From assembly GCA_012295275.1 (NCBI GenBank), contig CM022671.1, positions 28,830,001 to 28,894,000 on the forward strand: DNA of 64,000 nt. The letters run 5' to 3'. Position numbers and translations under genes: made by a program. Positions 1 to 14,753 of the stretch are shown here, in pieces; the stretch's first letter is position 1; each line of letters starts with the position of its first letter. Below the pieces are notes generated by a model that was given only the letters and a program-made list of their open reading frames with translations, searched no databases and had not been told where the DNA came from. Source of the stretch: Chrysomallon squamiferum (lineage: Eukaryota; Animalia; Mollusca).

Positions 1-391
1 AATTTTAAAATAAAACAGATAAAAATAAGTTTTTTACCTGAGAAAAGTAAGAAATTAAGGGGGAGGGATTTGAGAAAGAAAGAAAAAATATAAATTGAAT
101 TTTTTTTTATCTCAGACTACACTAACTGTTTGAAGAAGAAAGAAAGAAGAAAATATTTAACTGAAGAAAGACAGAATTAAAATAGATGAATGAATTAATT
201 CAAATTAATTGTAAAAAGATTATGAAATACCAATAACATTTTCAGCTGAGAGTTAAATAATAATAAAACAAAGAAAACCTTTTTTTAAAAGAATAATAAT
301 AAAAAAAAAAATTAATTACACTATGGAAAGAGTTATTTGCAGAAAGAAAATGAAATGAAGCAGGTAAAAAAACTAAAATGCTATTTCACAG

Positions 392-575
392 GTGGATACA
401 TGATTACCAAGACGCGTGTGTCGACAAACTGGAGCAGTTTCTGCGAGGAGAAATCAGTCCAGGTCTTCCAGAAAAATCCAGCACACTCTACCCCAAGTCT
501 TCAGAACCAAGCTCCAGGCTCACACGCAGCCCAGCCTGTGACAGTCACAGGGTGCCCAGTTCAAGTCCCAGCTGA
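392..575 (+). CDS. SARM1: Last coding exon of a SARM1/TIR-1/Ect4 orthologue (end of TIR domain plus Ser/Pro tail)
   Basis: Acceptor tatttcacag|g (phase 2), then [20 protein letters not shown], which matches from memory the SARM1 TIR C-terminus (W[IS]H[DE]YQ[DE]A..[DE]K...FL.G). Stop TGA at 573-575. Upstream exons lie outside the window. Confidence 0.88.
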
Positions 576-778
576 TGCCAGTCGTAAACTAAGATAGAAA
601 AAATCGACTGAGACATTAAATGTTTAACCTGCAGCAGTGTTTTTAATGATATAATACTGTTGTAAGATGTTGCTTATTTTAAAGTTATTTAATGTTTTTA
701 TTTATTTTAATTTTTAGTTTTAATTTTAATTTTTAATTTAATGTGTGAGTGCAGAAGGTATTAATTGGCTTTTATTTA

Positions 779-810
<32 letters not shown>

Positions 811-1042
811 CTGAGAAATAATTCGTCAGTTTAAAACCTGTACAGATTAAAAAAAAATTAAATTCATTTTTTATCATATATCTTAATGTTGTAATATTTT
901 GTGTTTTACCTAATACAAAAAATACGACCCACTTTTGAAGTGTTGTACTGTTTTTATTCCATTTTTAAACCAGAATTTTAATTTTAATTTTCTAATCACT
1001 ATGTTAAACTGGATTCTTGCAATAATATAATAATCATTGTAA

Positions 1043-1081
<39 letters not shown>

Positions 1082-2051
1082 GTAATAAAAAGGTATATAA
1101 AAAAAATATATATGACGTTTGAAAATGTTATTGTAACCCCTTTTATATATTTTGTAGTACCACAGTACCATTTTTTTTTTTTTTTTTTTTTTTTTTTATA
1201 TCTAATACTCAACATTTAATGATTATTCTCAGTAATCATTTCATGAGAAAACAGTCTGGGTATGATTTGAGAAAAACACTTGTCCTTGCTGCAAAATATC
1301 ATAAATCATACCATACTGTTAGTTTATTACTAGGGGTGTATGCTTGTGTTCAGTGACTGATGACTAACATTTGTGCTACCCGATGTGTCTCACATATCAC
1401 AAAATAATTTAGAAAACACTGGTAGATTTTACCAAACCAGCTCATTTATGCCCTTTGAAATATTTTCAGAAATCCATCCACCCAATAACTTGAACTTTTA
1501 GAAAAATGTATTTGCAGGTTTATATAATTTCTTTTTTTATAGTAATTTTTTATTTTTTTTTTTATTTTATTTTATTTTATTTTATTTTTATTTTTTTTTT
1601 TTTTTGAGATTTTTGTGAAGCATAATCATAATTGTTTTGATACTTATTTACAGCACTTGTTATGAGTGGCTTGGACTTCAGTAAAACTTACTTTTGTTTA
1701 ATCTTTAAGCTGTCAAATTAAAGATAATTGTTTGTTATTTTTTTATTATTATTATGTTTTTTTAATTGTTTATTTTTTGTTTTCGTTTGTTTGTTGATTT
1801 TTTAAATTTTTGTACAATGTATATTTAAGAATAGTTAAAAATACAATGATGTGTATATTACTCAAATCATGCTTGTTTTAATTGTTTTGACTTCAAACCG
1901 TATTTTAATCATGCAAACCCCATTGTCTTGTCCAATGTTTAAGTGGAAATTGCTGAATTTCAGCCTAAATGAATATTTGTCTAAAATCTTTGATGTAAGG
2001 ACATTTTTTTTTTATTTTTTTTTTTTTATTTTTACACTTTTTTTTTTTTAT

Positions 2052-2086
<35 letters not shown>

Positions 2087-3179
2087 TTATAATAAGAACC
2101 TATATATCAGGTATATACAAGAATCTGAAATGTCTGTCAAAAATGAAACAAAATCATCCATTTTTAAATTTATAAAATGTTGCAGATCAGTTCCAAATGA
2201 AGGAAACAAAAATAGCAATAAATGGGGTGTTTTTGCACACCACTGCAATCTTGTTGACTGAAAAAAAAAAAAAAAAAATTAACAAAAAAACATTTCCAAG
2301 GAAATCCTAAATATGCACCTTTCTGCTGATTGGTATTTTCCTCTTTTTTCCTCAAAGCCTCTTCATTTATGTGTGTATATGAAAGTGACTTTAATACAAT
2401 TAATATTACACACATACCCACATGAACAGTGTCATGTGGATAATTTTTAATATTTTTTCATTTATTGTTATTATGTTCTCATACTTAAAAATACTTACTA
2501 CCACTGTAAGAATTACTTAAATCATTAAATAAAATATTTATAGTGCCAATGAGTTAGACATACTCAAAAAAGTAAGTAGCAGTAAATGTTACAGTTTGCA
2601 GCCATGTTTATATTGGAGAATCCTAAATTATACTCTTTTTTTATCTCACCTTTTAGGCTTTTTTCTCATTCCAACCATAACCCTTGTTACTGAACACTGA
2701 GTATTTGTGTCCTGTCTTGTTAACCTGATGTGAGTGTGTAATAGTCATCTGAAAACCAATAATATGCAGTATACTGAGATACTGTTAAATATTTATTTTT
2801 CATTTTATTTATTCATTCATTTTATTCATTTATTCATTATTTATATGTCCATTTATTTATTAATTTGTTTGTTCAGTTTTCTTTATTCATTTATCAGTTC
2901 ATATCCAAAACATTTTTTTTTTTTTTTTTGTATGGCTCAGAAACCCATTAAAATGCATTTGATAACAATGGAAAAATAATAAAATTATAAATGTATCAGC
3001 ATTATTTTATTTTATTTTATTTTATTTACACACCCAATATGTATCACTGTCTCAGATCTTTCTTATTTTTATTTTATTTTTATTAAATATAACACAATCA
3101 CTTAATATTGAAAATAAAGGATATACATTGAATTTTATTTTATTTATTTTATTAATTTTATTTTATTTAGTCTTACATA

Positions 3180-3830
3180 AACCTGTATGCTTGAGATATT
3201 CTTTAAAACAGAACAAAATGAAATAACAGTGTAGAGATAAATATTTAAAAGTTATAATTAATTTTATTTACTTTTTACTTAATTATAATCTTGATGCCAT
3301 TCTTTCAGAATACATAAATTTACATGATAGTAACCCCAACAATTATGATTTTAACAAAAAAAATCCTTTACACAGCTAAATGAAATAAAAATAAAAATTA
3401 ATCTTAAATGTTTCAAACAGATAATGAAACAGTTTTATTTATGACTTCAACAATCATATCTCAGACATTTTTTAAAATTGAACAAAATTATATAAAAATT
3501 AGTCTTAAACTTACCAAATAAATAAATTATTTTGATTAGATTTACTGTTATTGTTTCAACAATCATGTCTCAGAAATTCCTTTAACTAGATCAAAATGAA
3601 ATAAGAATTATTCATACATTTATCAGATAATTAAAGAAACAAATTATTATGTTTAGTTTTAATTGTTTTATTTTAAACAGTTAAATCTCAGAAATTTCTT
3701 AAACAATCTCAGAAATTTTGCAGCATAAGACAAAAATTAGTTTTAAAAATTTATCAAATAATGAAGCAATTTTTCTTTATTTTACTGTTAAGGTTTCAGC
3801 AATAACGTCTCAGAAATTCCTTATAAACTA
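3180..3830. repeat. Degenerate tandem repeat, unit about 120-130 bp
   Basis: Recurring caatcatgtctcagaaattcctt...caaaatgaaataa...attagtcttaaa blocks near 3450, 3560, 3680 and 3800. Confidence 0.55.
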
Positions 3831-3874
3831 CAGCAAGCAACAATGAAGCTGATCATAATACTCGAATATTTAAT

Positions 3875-3913
<39 letters not shown>

Positions 3914-5804
3914 CACACACATACACACAGTCCCACATACTCAGCAATCACTAAGTAAAAAGAAAAAACAGAGGCCATAAATACAGTAGAAATTCAATAA
4001 CAATAAATGTGATAGAAAGGTGTTTATATCCACACATTAATTTGCCTCTATCACTTTTATGTGAAGGTTACACACCTATAAGGATTACATCAATGGGATG
4101 TGTATAAATTATAGTTATTCCTCTCACGTGGTTATGGTTATTTATGGCTCCTCCCTTGCCCACATGAAAGGGGGAAATAACTGGTGTATGAAGAGATAAA
4201 TCAGTAGAGTGATTTTTATGTAATTTTTATAGATGATTTTTTTTTTGTTAATGTGTCATTGAGTAAATTTAATCGCAGCTTCGGTAACTTTTTGATATAT
4301 TTTGCTTCTTTTCTTTATTTGATCCCGTCCGTTCCTGTTTCAGCCTCTCAGTCCATCCACTGTTAAATTCACTTTCTTAAATGTTGCTGAGTTAGTTTGT
4401 ATTTATTTATTTATATATTTATTTATTTTTATATTTATTTATTTTTTATTTTTTATTTTATTTTTTTATTTATTTATTTATTTATTTATTTATTTGAATT
4501 TTTTTATTTATTTATTTATTTATTTATTATTATTATTTTTATTTTACTTTATTTATTTATTTTTATTTATTTATTTAAACCAACTACTGAAGTAGTTTTG
4601 ACTAGTGGCATGTAGAGAAGTATTGCATTTACAAATTGTTTATATATTTATTTTTTGAAAAGAAAGATCTTTACATATAAAATACAAATATTTATACAAA
4701 GCATAAGGAAAAGGTAAATCCAGAATTAAAAAACATTTATTTTTCATTTCTGCTTCCATTGTTATTAGTCCTTGTACTATTATTTTTTTATATATTTTTT
4801 ATTATGAGTATTATTATTGTTTTTTTTTAAATCTGTAAGGAAACAAAATGTATTATATGTAAATTTTGTACAGACACAATCAGTCGGTGTTAAGTAAATT
4901 TTTAACAAGTTTTACTTTTCATAAAATACTTTTCTTTTTATATATATATATATTAATAGAGATTGGGATGATCATTTTTTCTTAAACTTGTAATGGAAAT
5001 TATCCATCTGGGCTAGCCAGATATTATTATATCTCTTTAACTGTTTAAATTCAGTTCATGCTTTTGCTTCTACTTACATCAAATACAATGATTATGATTT
5101 GTTATTTTCACTGTGTCTTTAAGTTTATATATAATGTGTATGTGTCTGTGAGTATGTTTGTATGTCTGGCTGGGTGTTTGTATGTCTGTGTCTGTGTTTA
5201 TATAATGTTTATTTATTTATTTGTGTGTATGTTTATAGGTGTATGTGTGTTTATGTGTGTGTGCGTGCGTGTGTGTGTGTATGGGTGTGGGAGTGATAAA
5301 GTAATTTATATTATTTTATACCAAGCCTTGATTGGTTTTGTTTTGTTCTTTCACCGTGTCAGCATTATTTTAATATTTTACATGTAGAAATAAGTTCACT
5401 GTTACTTTATATACCACTCACTGTAATGAACCAACATAGATAGAGATATAATAACAAATTATTATTACACCTGTTTTATACATTTTATTTAATTTAATAC
5501 CTGTCACATAATCATTTTTAAAAATAAACACAATTCTAGTAATTCTGTAAAACCTGTATTATTATTTTATTAATGAAAGATATTTTCACACTGTCCCAGA
5601 TACAAGCCTGGAAACAGATGAGATAACTCTTTCAGTTTGACTTACTTTTTCTGTCACTCTAGCCTGAGGCCCATAAAAACCTGTATCATACCTTTACAAA
5701 ACCTGTAACACAGACAAATCACGTTTAACAACAGTTTTAATAATTATCACTGGTCGTCTGTTTTAGTGATGAAAGGTCTGTTAACACAGAAAAATTACGT
5801 TATT

Positions 5805-5975
5805 AATTTTAATGATGAACAGTTTTAATAATGATGTTCATTTTAATTATGAGATTATAATTATTTTCTGATATTTTAATTATGAAATTATAATTATATT
5901 CTGATGTTCATTTTAATAATGAAATTATAATTATTTTCTGATATTAATTTTAATAATGGAATTTCAATTATCATC
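5805..5975. repeat. Minisatellite, unit about 35 bp (ttttaattatgaaattataattattttctgat)
   Basis: Four to five near-identical adjacent copies. Confidence 0.7.
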
Positions 5976-6135
5976 ATTTTGTTAAATAATGTTATCATAC
6001 AAAACATACAGTGGTCAGTTATGATAATAATTAAGTTAATTATCATATACTATTTAATGCTTACTTTTGGTTCAGTTTATTTCAAAATTTGACAAAACAA
6101 AAATAATAATTATATAATATTTTCTTCTTCTTCTT

Positions 6136-6209
<74 letters not shown>

Positions 6210-6685
6210 GATTATTATTATTATTTAATTAATTAATTAATTAATTATCTTTTTATTATAACACCTATAATATAGAAAATTATCATACCAATTGATAAAA
6301 ACATTATCTCTTTTTATTGTGTCATCCAACTAAAAATACATGTCACCTCAGGCCCTAGAACTGCCCACATGTTTTTGTACTGAAAAGTCTGTTGTGATGT
6401 AAAAATATACAATACATCATATTACATAAAGTCCATTAACTGTAAACTCACACTAACTAAAATTAACCATGCATCTTGGATATCTGGCTTGAACACAAAC
6501 CACCATGTGAAGTACAGAATCTTACTAAATGTAGTTGACAATAAACTGCTCTATTTCTTGCTTGTTGTTGAGTTGTTGTGTTTGGAGTCAAGCCTTTAAG
6601 ACACTTCCTATATGTTAACTCTTAGCTGGATCTAGATTGTGCGGCTTAAACCTTCTTACAGTCGAGTAAACAAATAAGTTACAAA

Positions 6686-6985
6686 ATGTTTATGAATTTG
6701 GGCTCTTAAAAAAAAAATATCTGTGTCAGACCAGCAAGGATTCTAAGTCACTGTTTAAAGAGTGTTTATGAATTTGGGCTCTTAAAAAAAAAAAAAAACA
6801 ACTGTGTCAGACCAGCAAGTCACTGTTTAAAGAGTGTTTATGAATTTGGGCTTTTAAAACAATAATCAGGGAAAGCTTTTTAGTTATTGCATAAAAAAGT
6901 GTTTATTGATCTGGGCTGTAAAAAAGATTATGTTAGAAGATGATTGAATTACTCAGATAGGTTCTAAGTCATTGTTTAAATGTTT
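6686..6985. repeat. Tandem repeat, unit about 70-75 bp (gtgtttatgaatttgggctcttaaaa...ctgtgtcagaccagcaag...gtcactgtttaaa)
   Basis: Copies start near 6687, 6762, 6834 and 6899 (the last is degenerate). Confidence 0.75.
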
Positions 6986-7139
6986 GCATTAAACAGTAGA
7001 TATTAAACATGTATTAAAACTGTATTAGTTGAAACCACAGATGTATTAAACACATACTTAAGTGGCTAAAGATATCCTGATGTTTAAATATTTATGAAAT
7101 TAAAGTATTATAATATATTAATGTCAGAGTATTTGATGT

Positions 7140-7935
7140 ATTTGTGTTCTATATATTTTAGATGTTAGTATGTTGTACAGTTTTGGTGTATTTATGTTAG
7201 TATGTTAGGTATTTTATGTGTAATGTTAGTATGTTGTACAGTTTTAGTGTATTTATGTTAGTATGTTATGTATTTTATTGTATGATGTTAGTATCTTGTT
7301 CAATTTTAGTGTATTTATGTTAGTATGTTATGTATTTTATTGTATGATGTTAGTATCTTGTTCAATTTTAGTGTATTTATGTTAGTATGTTATGTATTTT
7401 ATTGTATCACATTAGTATGTTGTACAGTTTCAGTGTATTTTATGTTAGTTTTTAAAATATTTTCTTCTAAGCTTTTAATATGTTGTATAATTTGAGTGTG
7501 TTAGTATGTTATGTATTTTGGTGTATTTTGTATGATATTTTATTTAATGCCATTAATGTTCTGTACCCTTTCAGCATGTTTTATGTTATTTTAAGCTTTC
7601 AGTGTGTTGTACAGTTTTATTGTATTTTATATCAGTTTTTTATGTCCATTTTTTTATGCTGTTAAAATGGTGTACAGTTTTAGAGTATTTGTAGCTAGTA
7701 TGTTAGATATATTTTTGTATACTGTTAGTATTATGTACAATTTTAGAGTATTTTATGTTAGTATGTTATGTGTTTTATTGTATGATGTTGGTATGTTGTA
7801 TAATTTTATTGTGTTTTAGGTTAGTATGTTATGTATTTTACTGTATTCTGTTATTATGTTGTATAATTTTAGTTATATTTTATGTTAGTATGACATATTA
7901 TGTGTTTCACTGTATATTTTCAGTGTGTTGTACAA
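7140..7935. repeat. Degenerate minisatellite, about 60-bp unit built on gttagtatgtt
   Basis: Repeated gttagtatgttgtacagttttagtgtatttatgttagtatgttatgtattttattgtatgat. Confidence 0.75.
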
Positions 7936-10900
7936 ATACTGCTTAAAGTCAAACTTTCATAATTTTTATTTATTAAAAAATACTGGGGTATGTTCTCTCT
8001 GCTGTTAGGAACATTCAGAAGAGAGATATCAGCAATAAAATAAACAAGAACAGTATTATAGAATGTTCCAACTGGTAGTTTAGGATCACAGATTTTGGGA
8101 CAAAGTAATACAGGATCGTGACTACTTTAACTTTTTTAAATTTATTTATTATTTACTTCTTTTATCTTCCAAGTGTCTTCAGGTGATATGATAAATAAAT
8201 AAATATTAAACTATTGATCACTTCCATCAATAATTGTCATTATCACTGTTGGTGAATTGACTAGTACCATTTTGCATTGAACTGGGTTGGAACAAAAGTT
8301 CATAGTATTTTGGTTTTCTCAATAGATGGCATTTTAATACATGATTACATTTCACATGTTTATACATTTTCTTAAAGGTTAACACATATTGTTGAATAAA
8401 TAAATCAATGTACAAATATCTAAATATTATCTTTGAATTTCACACTAAAAAGCATTATAAAAAAACACTGACAAACACTACATACCAATCTGAAATGTTC
8501 GTTTACACTGTATCTGTGTATGGCCTGTTCTGAATTAAACTAGACCACAGCCAAATTGATTGGTAAATCCATTTGTTTCTAAAGCTGTAAAGTTTCAGTC
8601 AGTCTGTATACTGGCTAAATGAATATTTCTGTTTTTAAATGCACACAACTAATTGCATTTATTTTAAATATCTTATTACGATGATGATGAGTGTAATAAT
8701 ACAGTTATCTCTATTCTCTGATAGTCTGTTTTATGAGCTGTCATGTTATACTGAGTTTTATGTTATGTGGCCTATATTTATCTCCTCAGTGAAATAAAAA
8801 ATAAAACTGCCCTGCAACAGAAAGGAAATTAGATATTTTTTCAATACATTTTTTTTATTCTAAACTGATATATTTTTATATCTGAAATCTGCTCATTACT
8901 TTAAGCATTTATGTTGTGTTGTTTTATGTTCATTGATAATATGTTTATGTTGGATGATGTTATCAAATTTATGTATTTTATGTGTGACATGTAAATATTA
9001 GTTTTTATATTTTTGTTCATTTTATGTTTATTTTTTTTTTGTTTTTTTTTGTTTTTGTTTTATTAGTATTATGTAATGTTTTATTTTATTATATTTAGTA
9101 CTAATTTATGTTCAGTGTCATTAGTTTAACATAAATTTTATGTTTAATTTATTTTAAGTAAGTTGTATTTAGTATTAATTTATGTTTAGTATAATTAGTT
9201 TTATGTTTGATATTACTAGCTTTATGTTTAAATTTAGTAATTTAACATTTAGTGGTATTTGGATTATGTTCAGCATTAATTAATATTTAGTATTAATGGG
9301 TTTTTTGTCTAATTTTTTTTATCATTAATGTTTAGAATTAATGGTTTATCTTCAGTATTATTAATTTTATGTGAAGTATTAATTTATGTTTTAAGTTTAG
9401 TATTTAATATTATTGTTTTATATTTTATGTTTAATATTATTATTTTTATTTTAGAAATAAAAAGTTCTAATTTTAATACTAATCAGTTTTGTATTTAGTA
9501 ATTAATGTTCATGCTTACTCATAAAATATTTTTAATGAGTTTTATGCCTCTGTTTTGATTTTGTTTTATACCTATCTGTATGTTTATTTTTATTTTTATT
9601 TTATTTTAAAACAATTAATAAAATTTTTTTTTTTATTTGCTTTCTTTTACATATTTTCATTTACACAAAATGTTTTGCTTGTTAATTATTAACTCTTCTT
9701 TATTAACATCAGTCTGATGAAGTAGTGCAGTGAATATATTTATATTAATTAGTTCTGGAAACACACACCACACAGACATAAATACAGTAACCAAATGATA
9801 TCTTTATCTGAAATAATATAATGATATTATATGGAATTGGAATTTTGGTAGCAAGTAATATCAGTGAAAATGTTGAACAGACTTTTTTTAAAGTTCACAG
9901 TGAATGTTTTAATGAAAAGAATAAAATACTTTACAAAACAAATGTATCACTTTCTACAAAATTCTTGTACTTTCTACAAAGTAAATACATGGCTGGTATT
10001 TTTATATGAAATGATTTTGCATACTGATCAATATTTCAATGCAAACTTTTTGCTATATATACATAATAAATAAAGAAAGAAAAAAAAAAAATCTTTAGAA
10101 GTTTATTAAACTGTTTCAGTAAAAAAACATTTTCTCTGTATTTGTCATTGTTTGTATTTTAAGTATTGGTCGAGAGTTAAACTAGAAAATTGAGAAATCC
10201 AGATTGGCTCAAATCCCAAGCTTGCCAGATAAATGATCTGGTTCCTGTTTTAATGTTTCTGCTTGACATGTAGAATTTTGTTTTTAATACATTCAAATTC
10301 CCCATATCTCATGTTTGGTTTTAATATTTGTTTTCTATTGATTTTTAAACATAAAATAACTGATGTTTATCACATGGTAAATAGTTCAGTAGATTTTAAA
10401 ACAATTTCCCTGTGCAGAATTTCCAGCAGTGCTTCATTATTTTTATACAGTGTCATTCAGCTTTCTGTCTTTTTAACAAGATTCCATTCATCTGAGACTG
10501 AATTTCTTAATTCCACCATTATTTTTATTTTAGTCTCCCTCCAGCTTTTTCTTCACTAACCTCAAAATAATTCCAGTTTTAAAAGCACAACATTTTATTT
10601 ATTTAATGATAATATTTTTATTGTGAGCATATCACTGCTCTTTCCATATCATGTTTTTACCTTGATTGCCTTCTTATCATATGTTAAAAAAAAAAAAAAA
10701 AAAAAAAGTTTTCCATGAAGTTCAAAACCAGATTTACTTTAGTATAATTTTTGTAATGTAGTGTATGTGGATTGGTTTCCCCATATTATTATCATGTGTT
10801 TTGCTTTATTTAATATTATCAGTACTTTTATTTTGTTTTAAGAACATATGATTGTTTTTTCTTTTACATTCAGAATTAACTAATAAAATAAATACATACT

Positions 10901-11440
10901 TTTTGCTATATTTTTGTAAACTTACTTTAATTTTTATTTTTTATTTTTTTATTTTTTTTATTTATTTGTTAGATTTTTATTGTATGGTTATTTAATTTTT
11001 TTTTTTGTGTTTTTGAGTATTAGATTTTTATATGTTATTATATAGTTATTATATAGTTATTATATGTTATATATACAAAGCTATTGTCCCCATACCTTAT
11101 TATCAGCAAATGTAATGGGTTGCCATTTTTTAAATATTTTTTTGATGATTATTTATAATGTAGTAAATGTGGCTGATTTTCCCATTTGCTTTATCATTTT
11201 GTTTACTATATGATAATACTGTGCAGTAATGTGGCTGGTTTTCCCATTTCTCATATTCACATTAATAATAACTCAACCTTTATGTGATAAAACTGATGTG
11301 GCTCTTTTCCCTATACAAGGGATTTTTAGCTTATCATAATCATAATCATTATTATCAGCAGCATTATCATCATTACTGTTATTATTTTTATCACTATTAT
11401 TATTATTTTAGTTCTTTATTTAGTTATTTATTTATTCATC

Positions 11441-11513
<73 letters not shown>

Positions 11514-11908
11514 AAAATTCATTTATTATTTTATTTATTTATTTATTATTACTTTTATTATTTTTATTTAAATATTTATTTACTTTTTTAATTAATTTAT
11601 TTCTATATTTTTGATTATTATTATTATTATACCTTGATATGTAATTCTTATATATTTTTGAATACCCTAAACACACATAAAACCTTTCTTGTGCTTTAGA
11701 TATTTTGACACGTTTTTTGCAATAATTTTACAATTTTAGATAACCATTCCCTAGTTTATGTATCTTTATTTTTGCTGTTTTTGAAAATTTAGTTTTTATC
11801 AATTAATCACTTAGTATTTTCTAAAATAAAATTTTAATAAAAGAATTAAAGAAAGAGAGTTGTTTTTGTATTTACTGCTTTACATTTTTTATTTAATGAT
11901 TTTTTTTT

Positions 11909-11939
<31 letters not shown>

Positions 11940-12191
11940 CTTTCTTTCTCAGATCTGTATATCATCATGTTTCATTAGTTTGTTTTTGGTTATTATTTAT
12001 ATTTATTTATTTATTGTTACTGAAATGTAGTTGGTACATTTTTTATTTATTTATTTATTATTATTATTACTGTTATTATTACTATTATTATTATTATTAT
12101 TGTTATAATTATTATTATTATTATTAGTTTTTTATTGTTAATTAAGTATTTATTTGTAATAATAATAATAATAATTATAATAATTATTTTT

Positions 12192-12226
<35 letters not shown>

Positions 12227-13956
12227 TTACTGTTATGTCATATCTAATATCTTGTTTCAAAACACCAACAAAAATAAATTGAAAAATAAATATATTAGAA
12301 GTAAAGTAAATTAAAACTAACATGAAATAAAGTGACAAATGATAAAAATAATAAAAAATTAAATAATGTAAACTAGTAAAATAAAATAAAATTGAAATAA
12401 TATAATAGAAAAAAGATAAAATAAAATATAAAACAGTAAAATTAATCAAATAAAACTGAAAAAGTAAAATAATATAACAAATACATAAAATGGAAAATTA
12501 ATTTAATAACATTTTGTTATATTAAAATAAAATAAATAATAAAATAGAAATGAAATAAATTTAAATTAACATTGAACTAAAATAATATACTTTAGTTAAA
12601 TAGTAGGAATTAAAAAAATATCTATTTTATAAATAAAATAAAATAAAATAATAAATAAAATAAAATAATATAATAAATAAGTGAAATGAAGTGAATAACA
12701 AATAATACATTTTAAATATAAAATCTAAAATAAAATAAAATTTAATAAAATAATAAAGGAAATAAATTAAAATGAAGGAATAAAATGTTGAATAAAATAT
12801 AAAATGGAATAAAGATAACAAAATATGAAAATAAATTTAAATGAAATGAAATAATGAAATAAAAATAAAACTGAATGGATGGAAAATAAAAATGAAAATA
12901 TAAATAAAATAAAAATACATTTTAGAAATGATATTAAAATGAATTACTAAAATTTACTAAAATTAAAATTAATGAAAAGAATTTAAAAATAATGCAATAG
13001 ATTAAAATAATATGTAATAATAGAAAGTGAAATGAAACAATTAAAATTATGAAAAGAAAAGAAATAAAACTGAATTGAACTGAAATGAAATAAAAAATAA
13101 ATAAAATTGAATTGAAAAGAAATAATGAAACGAAACAATAAATTTAATTAAATTAAAATAAAACAAAAAATCAAATAATGAAATAAATGAAAATTGAATC
13201 GAACTGGATTAACATAAATCAAATATAACCAAGTTAATATTAAATTTTGAAATAAAATAAAAATGAATTGAATTGAATAAAATAAAAAATAAAAAACAAA
13301 TAAATAAATGAAATGAAATATTAATTAACATTAAAATATGAAATGAAGTAAAATTATAAAGAAAATTTTAAAATTAAAATTAAATTAAATTAAAACATTA
13401 AGATGAAATAATAAAATAAAACAATTGCAATGAATGTCAAAAAGTGATATAAATTTATATATTCAAATAAAATATGAAATGAAAAATATGAATAAAAGAA
13501 AATAAATTAATAAAAATTAATATTATAAAATAAATAAAATGACATTTAATCAATCAAATTAAAAGATTTAAATAAAAAAACAAATAAAAGTGAACTGAAT
13601 AAAAAAAAAAATGGAATATGAAAAAATAATGAATATTTTTTTTATTTTGTTTTTTAAATATATAATAAATAGGGTTTTTTTAATTGAAATATATGATGAA
13701 CTTTTATTTTTGAATTTTGATAAGATGTAGGTTAGATACCAATTTTACTTACATTTCACTTCATCAGGAGGAGCCAAAGAATAGAAGAATATATCCCTTG
13801 ACTTTCTGAAACTTATTGTTATTATTGTTATTGTTATTGTTATTGTTATTGTTATTATTATTGCAGGCAGGATTCAAAGATTATGCTGCAGATTTTGAAC
13901 TTTTTCAGATTTATTCTTCATTTCCTTTGTTTTATTTTGTTTTATTATTATTGTTG

Positions 13957-14006
<50 letters not shown>

Positions 14007-14695
14007 TTTTTTTATTCTTTTATATTCTAAATTTCCAGATAGAGTGGAATACAGCAATAATTATCCTTCCCCACACATAAAAAAGAAAATAGAAAAAGAA
14101 AAAAAAAACAGAAAAAATATTATCCATCTTGCTTTCGTATTTCTAAGAAATTATTTTTTTCCCCTCTTGTTTATTTCTCTTGTTTTAATACTATTTTTAT
14201 CTTTTGTCACGATACCTGGTTAAAAGCTATCTGTCACTCAGTGATAGGTAAAAATGATTAGAATTTCTGCAAACATGTCACTCGTGGGACACGTTTACAA
14301 GAAAACAAAATTCTAAACTGACAATTCATTTAATCATTTTGTCTGCGTAATTTAAAAAATATATATATGTATGTTAATTGTATTTATTTTGTTTTGTTTT
14401 GTTTATTTTTTTTTTTTTTTTTTTTTTTTTTGTTTTTATTTAATTTTATTTTATTATTAATTTTAAAATTTTAAAAATTTAATTTAATTTAAAATTATCT
14501 CTTCATTTTATATTATTTTTTTTATTTATTATCTATTTATTTTATCAGTTGTTAATTTATTTTATTTTCAGTTATTTTGTTTTTATTTTATTTTATTTTA
14601 TTTTATATTATTTTAATTTTAATCCCAAATTTATTTAAGTTTTTTTTAATTTCATTTTATTTTATTTTTTAATTTATTTTATTTTTATTTTTATT

Positions 14696-14753
<58 letters not shown>

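Noticed and set aside
337-597. 86-aa ORF overlapping the SARM1 exon
   Set aside because: It is an alternative frame; the frame of 378-575 carries the recognisable TIR motif.
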